Below are positions 27,701-34,343 of a stretch of 64,000 bases of DNA, piece after piece. The position numbers and the translations under genes were made by a program. Each line of letters opens with the position of its first letter. The stretch's first letter is position 1. Source of the stretch: Setoptus koraiensis (taxonomy: Eukaryota; Animalia; Arthropoda); the NCBI GenBank assembly GCA_048013815.1, contig CM106586.1, positions 6,572,001-6,636,000 of the forward strand, in the 5' to 3' direction. Under the pieces are notes generated by a model. It was not told the DNA's origin. It was given only the letters and a program-made list of their open reading frames with translations, and searched no databases.

Positions 27701-30004
27701 GGTCGCTCGGAGCCGTCCGACATTTGTCGCGGCACAACGAAAGTGTCCAAGCTCGAAAAGAAGCGCACGGTGTGGCCCGTTGACAGCGAGGGCAAGAAAA
27801 TACGCTCAACGGTGCGGCCAGGCGACGTTGACGACTACGACCGACACGTGAAGGACCTGCCCGCCATTCCGCTGCCGGCCGACATCAAGAGCACGCCCAT
27901 TCTGGACGCCTACGAAATATTGGAACAAATCGGTAACGGCCAGTTCGGTGTGGTGCATCGGGTTCGCGAGCGTGCCACAGGTGACATTTATGCGGCCAAA
28001 TTTGTGCCCACTAGTAGCGCTGAAGAGAAATCGCTGATTAGGCGCGAAATAGACACTATGAATCTGTTGCATCACAAGGGCTTATTGCGTTTGCACGACG
28101 CTTACGAGGACGACGACGAAATGGTGCTTGTGCACGAATTTATAAGCGGCCCAGAGCTGTTTGAGAAAATCGCCGAGCCGGGTTACGAGATGACCGAGGC
28201 CCAAGTGATCAAGTACATGCGACAGATTTGCGAAGCTGTCAAGCATATGCACGACAGAAATGTAATCCATTTGGATTTGAAACCGGAAAATTTGGTGTTG
28301 CAAACAAGCAATCAGCCCAACGCCAAGCTAAAGATAGTGGACTTTGGTCTGGCGTGTCGCTTGGATCCGCACGAATTGTGCAAAATATCCACCCAAGCAG
28401 CCGACTATGCCGCCCCGGAGATATTCGACAAGGAAACGGTTGGCTTCTACACGGACATGTGGGCCGTGGGTGTGCTCGCCTATGTATTGCTCAGCGGTAA
28501 ATCTCCGTTTGAGTCGCCGAGCGCCACAAAAGCGGGCGAGTGGTCATTCGGCAGTGGAGGTAACGTCTTTGATAAGGTTTCGCCAGAGGGCAAGGACTTC
28601 ATTGAGAAGCTGCTTATAAAGCAAAAAGAAAAACGTATGACAGCCCACGAGTGTCTGGATCATCCGTGGTTGCGCGAGGACGCCGCGCCGGAAGGTGCCG
28701 CCTTGAACAGCCGCCTGTTGGGTTCGGACAGTTATGTGAAGGTGCGCGATCAAATGCGATCGCGTTATCCAGGTTACTGGGACGACGCCCACGTGCCCAT
28801 TGGGCACATATCAAACTACAGTTCGTTGCGCAAATTGCATGCCGATCGCTACAAGATACACGAGACCTTCTTGGATAGGCGCGAATTGTCGCCACGTTTC
28901 GTTATCAAGCCCCACTCGACGTTTGCCTATGAGGGTCAATCGGCCAAATTCTATTGTGCCATTGCCTCTAGTGCGCCCGTCACTGTCAGCTGGTACAGGG
29001 ACAATCACGAGCTTAAACAGAGCGTTAAATACATGAAGCGTTACATGGACAACGATTTCAACTTTATAATTAACCGGTGCAAATTGAGCGACCGCGGCGA
29101 ATACATAATCAGAGCGGAAAATCATCACGGTTGGCGCGAGGAACCTGTCTTCCTGAACGTACAATCGCGTCCGCACGATCTACCCCAGGTGCATTTGGAC
29201 GAACCCGTACGCCGGAAGCGCGAGCCGCAACCGCCCGGTTTCGAGGAAGAGCCCGACTCGGCGCCCAAGTTTAACTTTTTACTGCGTCCGCGCATCATCC
29301 AAAGCGGTCTGGGCGTCAAGTTGTTGTGCTGCCTAAAGGGCAAGCCCATGCCTACCATCACCTGGTCAAAAGATGGCAAAGAGCTTAGCAAGAAAGACTA
29401 CACTATGCAACACGCCGATGGAGTGGTAACATTACAGATAGCCGCTTGTAAGCCCAGCGATTCGGGCAAGTACACCTGTCATGCGGTCAATTCGCTTGGA
29501 GAGGCCAAAACAATAGCCGATGTGCTTGTTGAGGACAGACGAATACCGCCACCGTCATCGGGCGGTCATCATCAGCGGGTAAGCTCGGTCAACAGGCGAC
29601 GCGGCTTCACGCCACCGCCCATATTTCTCACTACTAGTCCACCTGTACCGGTCACGATTAGCGGGCCAAGCAACCCAAGCGAACGTCCATTACAGCATGC
29701 CACACACACAACAGCTAAATTATATTCATCAAATTTTTCTATTAACACAAATAGATATTTGAGAAGAAGCTACAAGCTACCGCCAGCGGCAGCGATCACG
29801 ACTCAGCCTAGATCAACTGGGCGCAGTTATGCAACATCAAGATTTTATCATTATCACAGTCCAATAGCGTCTTCATCCTCGGCCTACTACGGCGCCTCCA
29901 ACATACCGAGGCCAATAACATCATTGGCGCACCATTACACTGGCTCTCGTATTCCCATGCGTTCAATATCCAGTTTTGGAAGGAGTCATTCGTCCATGGG
30001 CTGA
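12791..30004 (+). CDS. bt: Twitchin/projectin giant exon 3 (Ig2-8, PEVK-like, Ig9-14, Fn3/Ig core, kinase, two Ig, tail)
   Basis: ccgctag acceptor at 12790, in frame with the track ORF 12875..30004. Repeated Ig and Fn3 (DGG..I..Y...EYEFRV.A.N..G) motifs, the conserved DFRAMLKHR linker, a titin-family kinase with autoinhibitory tail. 17,214 nt without a stop. Confidence 0.97.
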   Translation: MDVKKDGNCYTGQLEIQNITIEDAGKYKVVAKNELGESQASISLNFDADEAAAPADGIKPTFIEKPVINQSNNCSLIRFDCKLLADPKPHIQWLHNGEPINLQDSKYKNVQSILVAQEHDDKTTTTANATSSSNVYLVTLQLKDVDSVLSGDYKCIATNKHGQSQASICLNFDKGKPKLPEGWAPKFPRKPTIRQSGSSLILECLLDSKPKPIITWYHGSDVVHQDARHVMLETPVRTKAELLSLGLREADIIALGGDIELGGSTSSSAKLSSSSSSLIKDVYILTMEIISPTTTDGGSYRCNAQNNLGESNANISLNFQGAQQVITEEDEDEAKSAEQTKQQMRRSSNESNASSTSSLQPKLLSKPQIIFENESRLVRMECHVWSSLKAKQLTYEWFKESSLIKSSSSFKQSIKTLGTSNGGQEYLVTMDIADVNDKHSGPYKCIIKNDHGETTASINLQLSTEEQQNHQTSNQEDLTSTGKAPTFVKKPEIIPSENGNAIKMICLVKSSTRLTISWFNDGQQVLFDERVKQSTKLDHDEQVYTICLDIKDVQISDAGVYKCHIKNIHGECTANLSLNIEVIPIIIQKPKIVKKDKKLRKITIECLIGSNEQPECVWEKEQSKVRQDYRHKTEVKKVTKGQYAVSLDINSATSNDSGQYRLVARNEKGETISEPVHVDMDSDGEDGKESGDKKPKITDKLQSKTCTVGETIELVCKYKCTEKVTITWRKNTRIIRESSSYSDQVVKIESDSNSSRLILKNVNKDSQGTYTVSITNSHGSEESEAIVTVNEKRQQKRQDDEEEQAEEEQKRDIKKRKDEEQKQQQDGDVPMDVDDVPKRSAVGDENVSPAESRRTSNASTIGNEEPASRKISKKKKVTPNLLSPSQVTNEASTNEDIVEEEQQKPKRTLSKKRLSSSIKPLKPNDEESPMDTSAANEDEVARKPSVKKRLSTSSTASKADSVLDKLEHPELGEQSDEKPKVKKVKKIVSVKKKKSPLDVDGSSPSNSRASSRRNSNESVASIASTVTGIGAQQQDLSSSSLLRKSSSASQRDDQEAQQSDSIVDTMQQPKRTTSTSSLSGAKTMNKASENSLGPEGVNGTNKADDNATSLLPPHKRTPSAKRASVKSMKSSLADVDEQNTLEIQVNDGKLGTTKPLKKRLSTKSKEGKDTEGNVSNDNTPRASISEPVSTSRKSSSASSINDQASEPQANTKQQVPSVRLNRDRIPSVSVEPAATHTTQDSQKLDQPKSQTSSSLSARRRLSSQQKQEQETSDNSNAKLRDTPSPRLSISSSHDESQERQLEQQQSEEDNNDGSQKRRRGTYDGLRGDLSDSEQPQYRGRSNRESISPTQQNTLFPNMPGGRERTPEQRQGSEGPSSRRGSLLPIPDSPGDSRRPSIIVPDDNKLRPGEIADRRRRSSIDVRRASAIEVEAADRPSTPLKATGKKPAIIDFQDNVSGTEGHTSYLTFGVEGDPVPNLRFFKGDSEIYEGGRYHVVTDGDTNTVHFCIRKSKPMDESRYKIIASNIHGEDTAYIQLFVSDESGMDFRAMLKHRQYAKWKRDQDDPNWGNLKGVEEERLAQIKEPKRPDNFIKPLQNQKVKQGKDLKVRFECVFSKSGVKAKWYRNNKEIYPNNKFHLNSTGDLHVLEINSPFVDDGGKYTCQCLDTKCSAMLEVEEPDPVYKFTKLLPKAKGQYLYRELVLECTCNSYRAQVTWFRDHECKNPIEPSEKYAMELDKFGKKFLRIKDCQFTDSGDYCCRINSNHDEVTKTTIQISEKKFQIMKPLYSQRAIEDDKVVLECEVDEYDAKVKWYRKDRETGKWKELKPEALKSKEIQVDGKKRRLIIKKCKCSDECEYKCCTNADETSAELFVEPSNKWRKRLEDITVVEDEALVLEVEMMERKPGTSLVWFKGSREIGSQGGAMQTTADERVTFKSIDEKQQLIIEHSKPSDAGDWSVSCGKLKCACKVTVLPAEKAPKINFPTGNIVAEVGKPHQIEIPYKIEGTRQSKPVATLMRNGQPVPKEKCEVIIKDDKIILKWRSPQRDDGDENYEFVFENAKGKQSKKFKMDVQGPPGPPEGPLKVSDVFKDKCKLKWERPKDDGGCPIAHYVVERQEIGSGRSTWTECGVSPDCSFECTDLTPKKEYRFRVKAVNKKGASEPLTMPNTIIAKDPYDSPTKPEDVVVVNWDKDFADLEWKAPEKDGGAPIEKYIIEGKDKFASDWSKLMEVPASQGCLAHVTENLREGSTMQFRVRAVNKAGPGEPSQATKPVILKARFVKPYIAGQGLTNIVVKKGRPIRYEISFGAEPPPEITWIANDQELKKEIGHIEIDNMEKKTILQVTNTTRIDSGRYKLILKNSSGQVCSEADVVVLDKPSRPEGPIVVEEIRSDQMTIKWRKPKDTGGQDLDGYVIEKMNPENDRWVPAGECGPDCESFTIKGLIKNKKYKFRVRAKNKEGESEALETTEPILAKDPYEEPGKPGAPSIIDWSANHADLEWTKPTNDGGAPIEGYIIEMRPIDKIGATWEQAAEVSGPDTKATVFGLIKGQKYQFRVKAKNKAGPGEASEASQTLLAKERNLAPKINKANLKPIRIKAGEQVKFDVEIEGEPAPEVTWFFKGQPLVNGQNNGQVTLDQPEYESHLTLKDCTRANSGTYTIKAKNANGSDEAEVEVVVLGKPSKPKGPLDVSDVHADGCTLNWKKPEDDGGSEVTNYIVEKREVGSNEPWSKVSSCVMNESVKVRHLVPGTKYEFRVIAENLYGTSEPLVTEKPVLAKSPYDTPGAPGAPQAAETTDNSITLTWTKPKNDGGAPIQGYVLEKKGPGDDNWTKVTTEPITGEKFKVGNLKKNSDYEFRVAAVNEAGKGDYSEASGKITARPPASPCKIDGGYVMRDITVKVGENYKIEVPFTGFPIPKVEWVLNGDVLNLDSPANKGRLVGEATETSIILENKNAQRGDDGNLVLNISNEQGSDSTSCRIHVVSAPSPPEGPLQITDMTPETCSLSWKPPLDDGGAPIGNYVVERQDQATMQWVKCSSFVRGTHYEVVGLEPNHKYMFRVMAENQYGLSKPLENPDGQPVTAKFPFDVPGAPGVPDVVDYDETSATLTWPKPTNDGGAKIQGYRLEMRDNSGDGEWVPVAGDKALIKDNVYKVEGLTTGHKYEFRVKAKNVAGMSLPSGTSNEVEAKSRFNPPSKPRDLKAAKIGKNHVDLQWEPPISDGGSKVVGYVVERKDASSNYWIKVNDSPCLDAQCHCPNLIENAEYDFRVFAVNEAGKSEPCCTITPVKVEEFPNGKKPEVIKGPTSKEISIGDQLTLECEATGNPTPHARWFKNGKEVILNQRVKATETENGVFTLTITEVMPNDDGDYTCQVTNPLGSDKCSCSITIGAPPEIVRCPQEINACEHDNAKIKIPFSSSMPVEVQVLKDGKPISESGENGSAGARVAYTVYDDFLTVQVNDVNKSDEAKYKVIIKNKSGKAEAQFDLNVTGLPGAPKGPLELSDITENSATVGWKAPDNDGGAPIEGYVVEMLSEDTPNATWEPVVEVSSPATKAKVKGLKKGKKYKFRVKAINKAGPGKPSEESASFVAKEQNSVPKINRDQLKPIRIKAGEQLKLDVDVAGDPVPEITWTFDDQPIVDGQNNGQVSLVQPDNETHLGIKNCQRANSGIYKIRAKNENGFDEAEVEVIVLGKPGKPEGPLDVSDVHAEGCTLSWKKPKDDGGSELTNYIVEKREVGSDAPWSKVSSCVLSESLKVRHLKPGTKYEFRVIAENLYGTSEPLVTEKPIVAKSPYNTPGAPGAPQAAETTDNSITLTWTKPKNDGGAPVQGYILEKKGPGDDNWTKVTTEPITGEKFKVGNLKKNSDYEFRVAAVNEAGKGDYSEASGKITAQPPARPCKIDSGFIMRDITVKVGEEYKIEVPFTGFPRPKVEWSVNGTVILPDQPPNKDRVFSEVNESFIILLNKSAKREDDGLLTLNISNELGSDSASCRIHVVSAPSPPEGPLQITDMTPETCSLSWKPPLDDGGAPIGNYVVERQDQATMQWVKCSSFVRGTHYEVVGLEPNHKYMFRVMAENQYGLSKPLENPDGQPVTAKFPFDVPGAPGVPDVVDYDETSVKLRWTKPLSDGGSKLHGYKLEVRDNTAGGDWVPVVGDTTLLKDTEYKVDNLITGHNYEFRVKAKNAAGFSLPSKSSSEVTAKSRFNAPGAPRNLRVTKVGKNHVDLKWDKPISDGGSKITGYAVERKEANSSYWMKVNDFGCIDREYTCYNLQENFEYEFRVMAINEAGKSEPCTTLQPVKVQEYPDGQKPEIVRKLVSKNINVGDHEVKLECEAIGKPLPQPRWFKNGKELILSQRVKATQTEDGVYTLTLTEVMDSDEGDYTCQVTNPLGSDRCTCSVSIGSAPSILKCPSEVYVCEKDNAKVKIYFTAALPVDVQVLKDGKPISESGEDGSARARVKYTVFDDYLTVHLGDVDKSDEANYKIIVSNKSGKDEANFNLVVTSLPGPPQGPLEIGEITEHSVALAWRPPAHDGGSRITHYIVQRRDTSQSADAWVTTTSQCKDCHFNVQGLTNNSEYEFRVMAVNENGQSNPLVSTGPVTAKLPFDPPSPPGIPAVTQIGGDFVNLEWTKPQSDGGSRVLGYWIEKREVGSETWQRVNPSVMCLANQINVKNLIEDRKYEFRVFAENAAGLSKPSSNSSEALIRDPNAMEAPNIVVPLKPMVGLENKSIELECTIQGNPKPSVTWFKGVRELRDGGKYCMTQESAPGGGVVHKLMISRVYGEDEDEYSCRASNKAGSRTTRADVTIQTAPKLFVPPRLAADLASFDCGENVTLKIPFTGKPKPTVHWYKGDEEIEPGAHFDIDVDERHTTLTIRDASRLDSGLYRVVVENKLGQDSAQINVGISDKPDPPRFPMVEMTTEDSAIVTWKAPLWDGGSHVTNYVIEKRELPMTSWVRCASTRMQTHEVVNLNSSKDYEFRVFAENIYGRSEPSDICRGTTKVSKLEKKRTVWPVDSEGKKIRSTVRPGDVDDYDRHVKDLPAIPLPADIKSTPILDAYEILEQIGNGQFGVVHRVRERATGDIYAAKFVPTSSAEEKSLIRREIDTMNLLHHKGLLRLHDAYEDDDEMVLVHEFISGPELFEKIAEPGYEMTEAQVIKYMRQICEAVKHMHDRNVIHLDLKPENLVLQTSNQPNAKLKIVDFGLACRLDPHELCKISTQAADYAAPEIFDKETVGFYTDMWAVGVLAYVLLSGKSPFESPSATKAGEWSFGSGGNVFDKVSPEGKDFIEKLLIKQKEKRMTAHECLDHPWLREDAAPEGAALNSRLLGSDSYVKVRDQMRSRYPGYWDDAHVPIGHISNYSSLRKLHADRYKIHETFLDRRELSPRFVIKPHSTFAYEGQSAKFYCAIASSAPVTVSWYRDNHELKQSVKYMKRYMDNDFNFIINRCKLSDRGEYIIRAENHHGWREEPVFLNVQSRPHDLPQVHLDEPVRRKREPQPPGFEEEPDSAPKFNFLLRPRIIQSGLGVKLLCCLKGKPMPTITWSKDGKELSKKDYTMQHADGVVTLQIAACKPSDSGKYTCHAVNSLGEAKTIADVLVEDRRIPPPSSGGHHQRVSSVNRRRGFTPPPIFLTTSPPVPVTISGPSNPSERPLQHATHTTAKLYSSNFSINTNRYLRRSYKLPPAAAITTQPRSTGRSYATSRFYHYHSPIASSSSAYYGASNIPRPITSLAHHYTGSRIPMRSISSFGRSHSSMG
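15164..17119 (+). other. bt: PEVK-like disordered segment of twitchin/projectin
   Basis: About 650 aa rich in S, K, R, E, Q, P between Ig8 and Ig9, the position of the projectin PEVK domain. Confidence 0.8.
20285..23308 (+). repeat. Internal tandem duplication, copy 1 (3,024 bp, 10 domains)
   Basis: Constant 3,024-nt offset verified at 20285/23309, 21025/24049, 21695/24719 and 22076/25100. Confidence 0.93.
23309..26335 (+). repeat. Internal tandem duplication, copy 2 (3,027 bp)
   Basis: Same domain order as copy 1, with one extra codon net. Confidence 0.93.
27911..28672 (+). other. bt: Twitchin kinase domain
   Basis: GNGQFG, YAAK, REID, HLDLKPEN, DFG, AAPE, DMWAVG and HPWL are all present. 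Confidence 0.95.
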
Positions 30005-30240
30005 GCGCGACCGTGACCAACTACAATAAGCAACCAATTTAACCGAAAAAAAAGTACTCAAAGGCAAAATCTCGCCGGTTATCAGTTAACTACTATTAAC
30101 GACACCAATTAACAGTGATTGAATTTAATTGTGTCCACTAACGATAGACAAAACTGAACACTGTTGTGTGATTTTGTCGCCAATGAGCCTACAAATCACG
30201 CGAAAACCAACCAACAAAGAGTGATGCTGGTTAGTTAGCG

Positions 30241-30246
30241 AATAAA
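30241..30246 (+). terminator. Candidate polyadenylation signal for twitchin
   Basis: AATAAA 237 nt after the stop at 30004. Confidence 0.35.
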
Positions 30247-30732
30247 AAACTCCCCCGCAACAATCAACGAACAGCCGCGACATAAGTAGCCGCTGTGTGT
30301 GTGTGTAAATAGTGTAAAATAGAATGAGACACACAGATTACATAGATTTGTAATATTTTTGTGTAAATAACAATGTACATAATAACAATGAATCTGGTGT
30401 ATGAACAATGAATAGGCCACTATCAACTGACACGCAATTCTAGATATATGCAGCTATTTACAATGATCACTCACAATAGTAACATGTATGAATGAACAAG
30501 AAGAAGTTGTTATAACTAGTCCGAACGGATCCGCACATTACCTGTACTGGCGGCACGCACAGATGATTCGATGATGATATATTGGACAATATTATTTGAA
30601 TAATAGGATTTTACTGGACGAACATTAGTGGCAGTTGGATAGATATTGAAGAAGAAGCAATTGAAGCATAAGTAGAATGAACAAATAATGAGATGAAATA
30701 CGCCAGGCGGCAAGCGCTTGTGCCTTGTTTTC

Positions 30733-33266
30733 TCAAGCCACCAGTAAGTGCCTGGGAGCAGCCAACATGGGAACCGTGTAACGGTAAATATGCTTGTAAG
30801 CGATCTGACCCACTAACCGCGATCCACTCCTGAGTGACCAGTATATGATGCAACTCGCGTGTTTAGCAGTTGAGTGTCGGTAGTTGACCACTGCCAATAG
30901 TGAGCTGGTGACGCTGGCTATGAATGGGCAGCCCTCATTATCTAACTCGAACAAGATCTCACAGTGCTTGCTCACCTGTCCGCGGACCGGTCAGTCTATT
31001 TGTCGGCAAGCTCGATTTCTACACCGGACGAAGGACAGTGAAAAGGACACTGAATAGAGCGGCCCTCATACCTACATTTGAGGTTGGTCCGTTATATTTA
31101 CCGTTCTCTATTCACTAGTCTACTCGCTAATCCACTCACTGATCTACTCACTGGTCCATCGGCTGGAGAGTGGGGCCCTCAATTCAATTCAGAGAATATT
31201 TTCCCTTCTTCTGCCGCCTCTCTTTCTCCGGCCGGCTGGTAGCCAGATAGTTGATGCTGGTCACTTGAGGCATTAAATCATCGACCATTGGCCAATTGGC
31301 ATTCGTAGAATTCCACGAGGATAACAAATATTGTCTATTTGTCGTTTTACTAGTAGTGTATATTATACTATAGGAAGTGTAGAGGCGACCAAGCCGATAT
31401 TTCATTACTAGAGACGACAAAATGTGTAAGCATCGACCGACCACCACTTTGGATGGCCGCCAGAGCCATCGAAAGTGCAATGAATAGGCGGAGTGCCTTA
31501 CCTGGCCATACTTCTGTGTACATAGCTGTATATATGCTATGAATCGGCTGTCTATCGGCATTTATTGATATACATCCGTGTATCTCGATTGTATAGGAAA
31601 CATCACAATTGTGAGTGGCACAGGTTTGATGATGTTATTACAACAGAAAATACAAGTACATGGACGGACACACAGTGAATTGGTTTCAAGGCCGACTAAA
31701 CGCTCGCAGCAATAATAACATAACAGTTATTAGTCTCTGGCTATATATATATATATAACCAGAGACTAGATATATATTTATATATATATATATATAGCCA
31801 TATATCTGGATATATATCAAGCAGCGCACCGAAGTACCTCCACATATAATAGATGAGTGAACTTGGCGAGCCGCTGCCGAGAGAAACCTCCGAAAAAGAG
31901 GAGCAACGAGAAGAGCCTCCTATAAATGCGCTTGCTTTTGCGAGACGCATTCAAACAGCACAACGGGACACAGGTTTACACGAATAGACAAATCAATGGC
32001 ATCAATTGTACAGCGAGAGTTGCGACAACAGTAGCTACTTTTTCATATATCACCATTTCATTAACTACCACTATACCCCCCACTACCTCTGTTAGCACTA
32101 CTGCTTCGATCTACTACCATCAGCATCGCCGTCACCACCACCACTACCACCAGTACCACCACTTTTAGCACTACTACTATTACTGCACCAGCGCTATTGT
32201 TGCAGCAACGACTAGTTCCGTCTCCATATACCAGGCGCACTATCATTATGCAACAATCGCTGATAGACTAGGCGATTAAGACTAAGACGAATAAGACTAC
32301 TCAGACCAACACAAGGACTGAGACAACGACTAAGACGAAATGTACACACACGTTTGGCACATTAAAACTCAAGAAATCATCGGCTGTTTTGCAAGGAGCA
32401 TCATAGACAGCGAGAGGCAAAAACAAGACGACGATATGAGCATCAACGACAACAGCGACGAAGACGACGAAAGCGACGGAAGAAACGAGCAAGCAAAACA
32501 ACAAAATGATGAGATGAACCTTTTCAATAAAAATTCTGATGAGCTTCCCCCTGCCCACTCGGAATATAAATTGTTAACTGTGTGTGTGCGTATGTATTTA
32601 CTTTGATATTGGCGATCATTATTGTCAAGCATGCCGCTTCTCTTGTTAATCTCTAATGGATGGAGCCCATTAGGCTCGCGCGCTTCTGTTTGGCCGGCGT
32701 CGCTTGGTACGCACGTACCGGCGTACAAACTTGCCAGATTGTGTGGCAGTGCACACACTGTGGTTGGTAGGATGTTGTTTGCGTCCGTGATTGCATAAAT
32801 GACACAAAATTGCTTATTTGGGGCAACATTACTCACCGAAAGGCCGCAGTGCGCCGGCACCAGCAACGATAGCGACTTTGGCTAGTTCCGTTGCAGATCG
32901 GCGCTGCCCAGCTAATCACGCTGCCAATCAGATCAAATGAAATCAAATCAATGCCTGAGGGCCGGTCTTGTTTTTTTTATTAGCCGGCGTCGCGACCGAG
33001 CACATGGCGCTTATGGCCCGCTATTGGTCCGTGGCGCGCTGTTTAGCCCCCGTCGGCCGGGCCGGCAGCAATACTAAAAACGCTTAGCCTTGCACAGTCG
33101 CCGCGTACCTCACGTTTACAGGCCTGGCTCGGGAACGCGTGCCAGCGCGCGTACAGTGTGCACGTATGAGCCAGTGCACAGGTGAAACGCGTGACGCCTA
33201 ATGGAGATTAGAGTTTGATTGTCGGTTCTATTGTCACACTTTTAACAATCTGCTTACCATCATCAT
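30733..33266 (-). CDS. Tentative small multi-exon gene convergent with twitchin (unrecognised product)
   Basis: Phase-compatible chain: exon ending ATG ATG ATG at 33258, then 32837-32903, 32602-32757, 31502-31551, 30976-31018 and 30733-30890. Several donors are strong (GTAAGC, GTGAGT, GTAAGG, GTGAGC), some acceptors are weak, and no homology was recognised. Confidence 0.2.
31731..31768. repeat. Inverted repeat around (TA)8
   Basis: tagtctctgg / ccagagacta perfect 10-bp arms with a self-complementary TA spacer. Confidence 0.9.
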
Positions 33267-33529
33267 CGAGCGCCAGACAGAGCGAAAGTGAATTATAATA
33301 GCGAGCCAGCTCTCATTTATCTGTTGTTTGTCGATAACGCGGCTCGCAAAGCGTAGAGCCGGCGGCCGGACGGCCCGCCGGGCGGCCGGCCAAAGTGCCG
33401 CTCCGGCTCTCGCTGGCTCAGACGGGCTTAGTGGCGCAGCTCACAAGCTCAAAAGCCGATGACAGGCCCTTGCGCGGGCCCCGTTCGTCTTGACTGGGGC
33501 AAATTTTGAATTTGCAACTGCGGGCAACG

Positions 33530-33551
33530 AGATTATACGGCCGTATAATCT
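33530..33551. repeat. Perfect 22-bp palindrome
   Basis: agattatacggccgtataatct equals its own reverse complement. Confidence 0.95.
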
Positions 33552-34115
33552 AGCATTAGTTTGTGTTGGCTGCAGGTAGTGGCTGACGGGCGTGCGCCAT
33601 CGAGCGCCAAAAACAGATTCTAAACAATAACAACAACAATTCAATTGGACGCCATTGTTGCGCAACGGGGCGCTGCGTGCCAGCTCAGCGTAAGCATGGC
33701 GCCCCTCAATCAGTTTGCGTCTGTCTATCCAGAGATTTGTGTACAGAGGGAGAGAGAGAGAGAGGCTGCGCTCGAAACACCTATAATGATGATGTCATAA
33801 TAATAATGACAGCAGCACAGCTGATCGCGACCAATGATACGATATATCAGCTGATTGCGTGATTAGGCATGATAATTGTGTTGTTGCGCCTGGCTGTCGA
33901 TGGTGGCGGTCATTATTGTTGCAGCCAGAACAGTGACCACGACGACCATGATGACGACACAGGCGCGCACACTGACAGCATGCACATAGTAGTATGATTA
34001 CATAATTGATTCTAATTAATGTGTCCACTGTGTGTCCACTGTGAGCGAGTGCATGCTTGCGTGCGTGTTGCGTCAATAATGAAAAAAAAATCGCGCCGCC
34101 ACTGGCTCGGCGGCC

Positions 34116-34177
34116 GCACCGCGACTAGCTGCACCGCGAGTAGCTGCACCGCGAGTAGCTGCACTGCCACGAGTAGC
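34116..34177. repeat. 15-nt tandem repeat
   Basis: gcaccgcga(c/g)tagct x3 plus a degenerate copy. Confidence 0.9.
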
Positions 34178-34343
34178 GGCTAATACGCTGCTACTCACCT
34201 GAGCAGCTGGGTCATGGCGTCGCTTAATTGCCGCAGTCGGTTATTCACATAATGCACCGATGCATGACGTCGGTATCGCGCCCGGTGCCGACCGGTATCG
34301 TTACCGGCAGCGCCGATTGTATCAAGCGCGCGCGTATCGGGTA

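Noticed and set aside
14212-29391. Minus-strand and alternate-frame ORFs within twitchin
   Set aside because: Shadow ORFs of a long coding exon, with no independent motifs.
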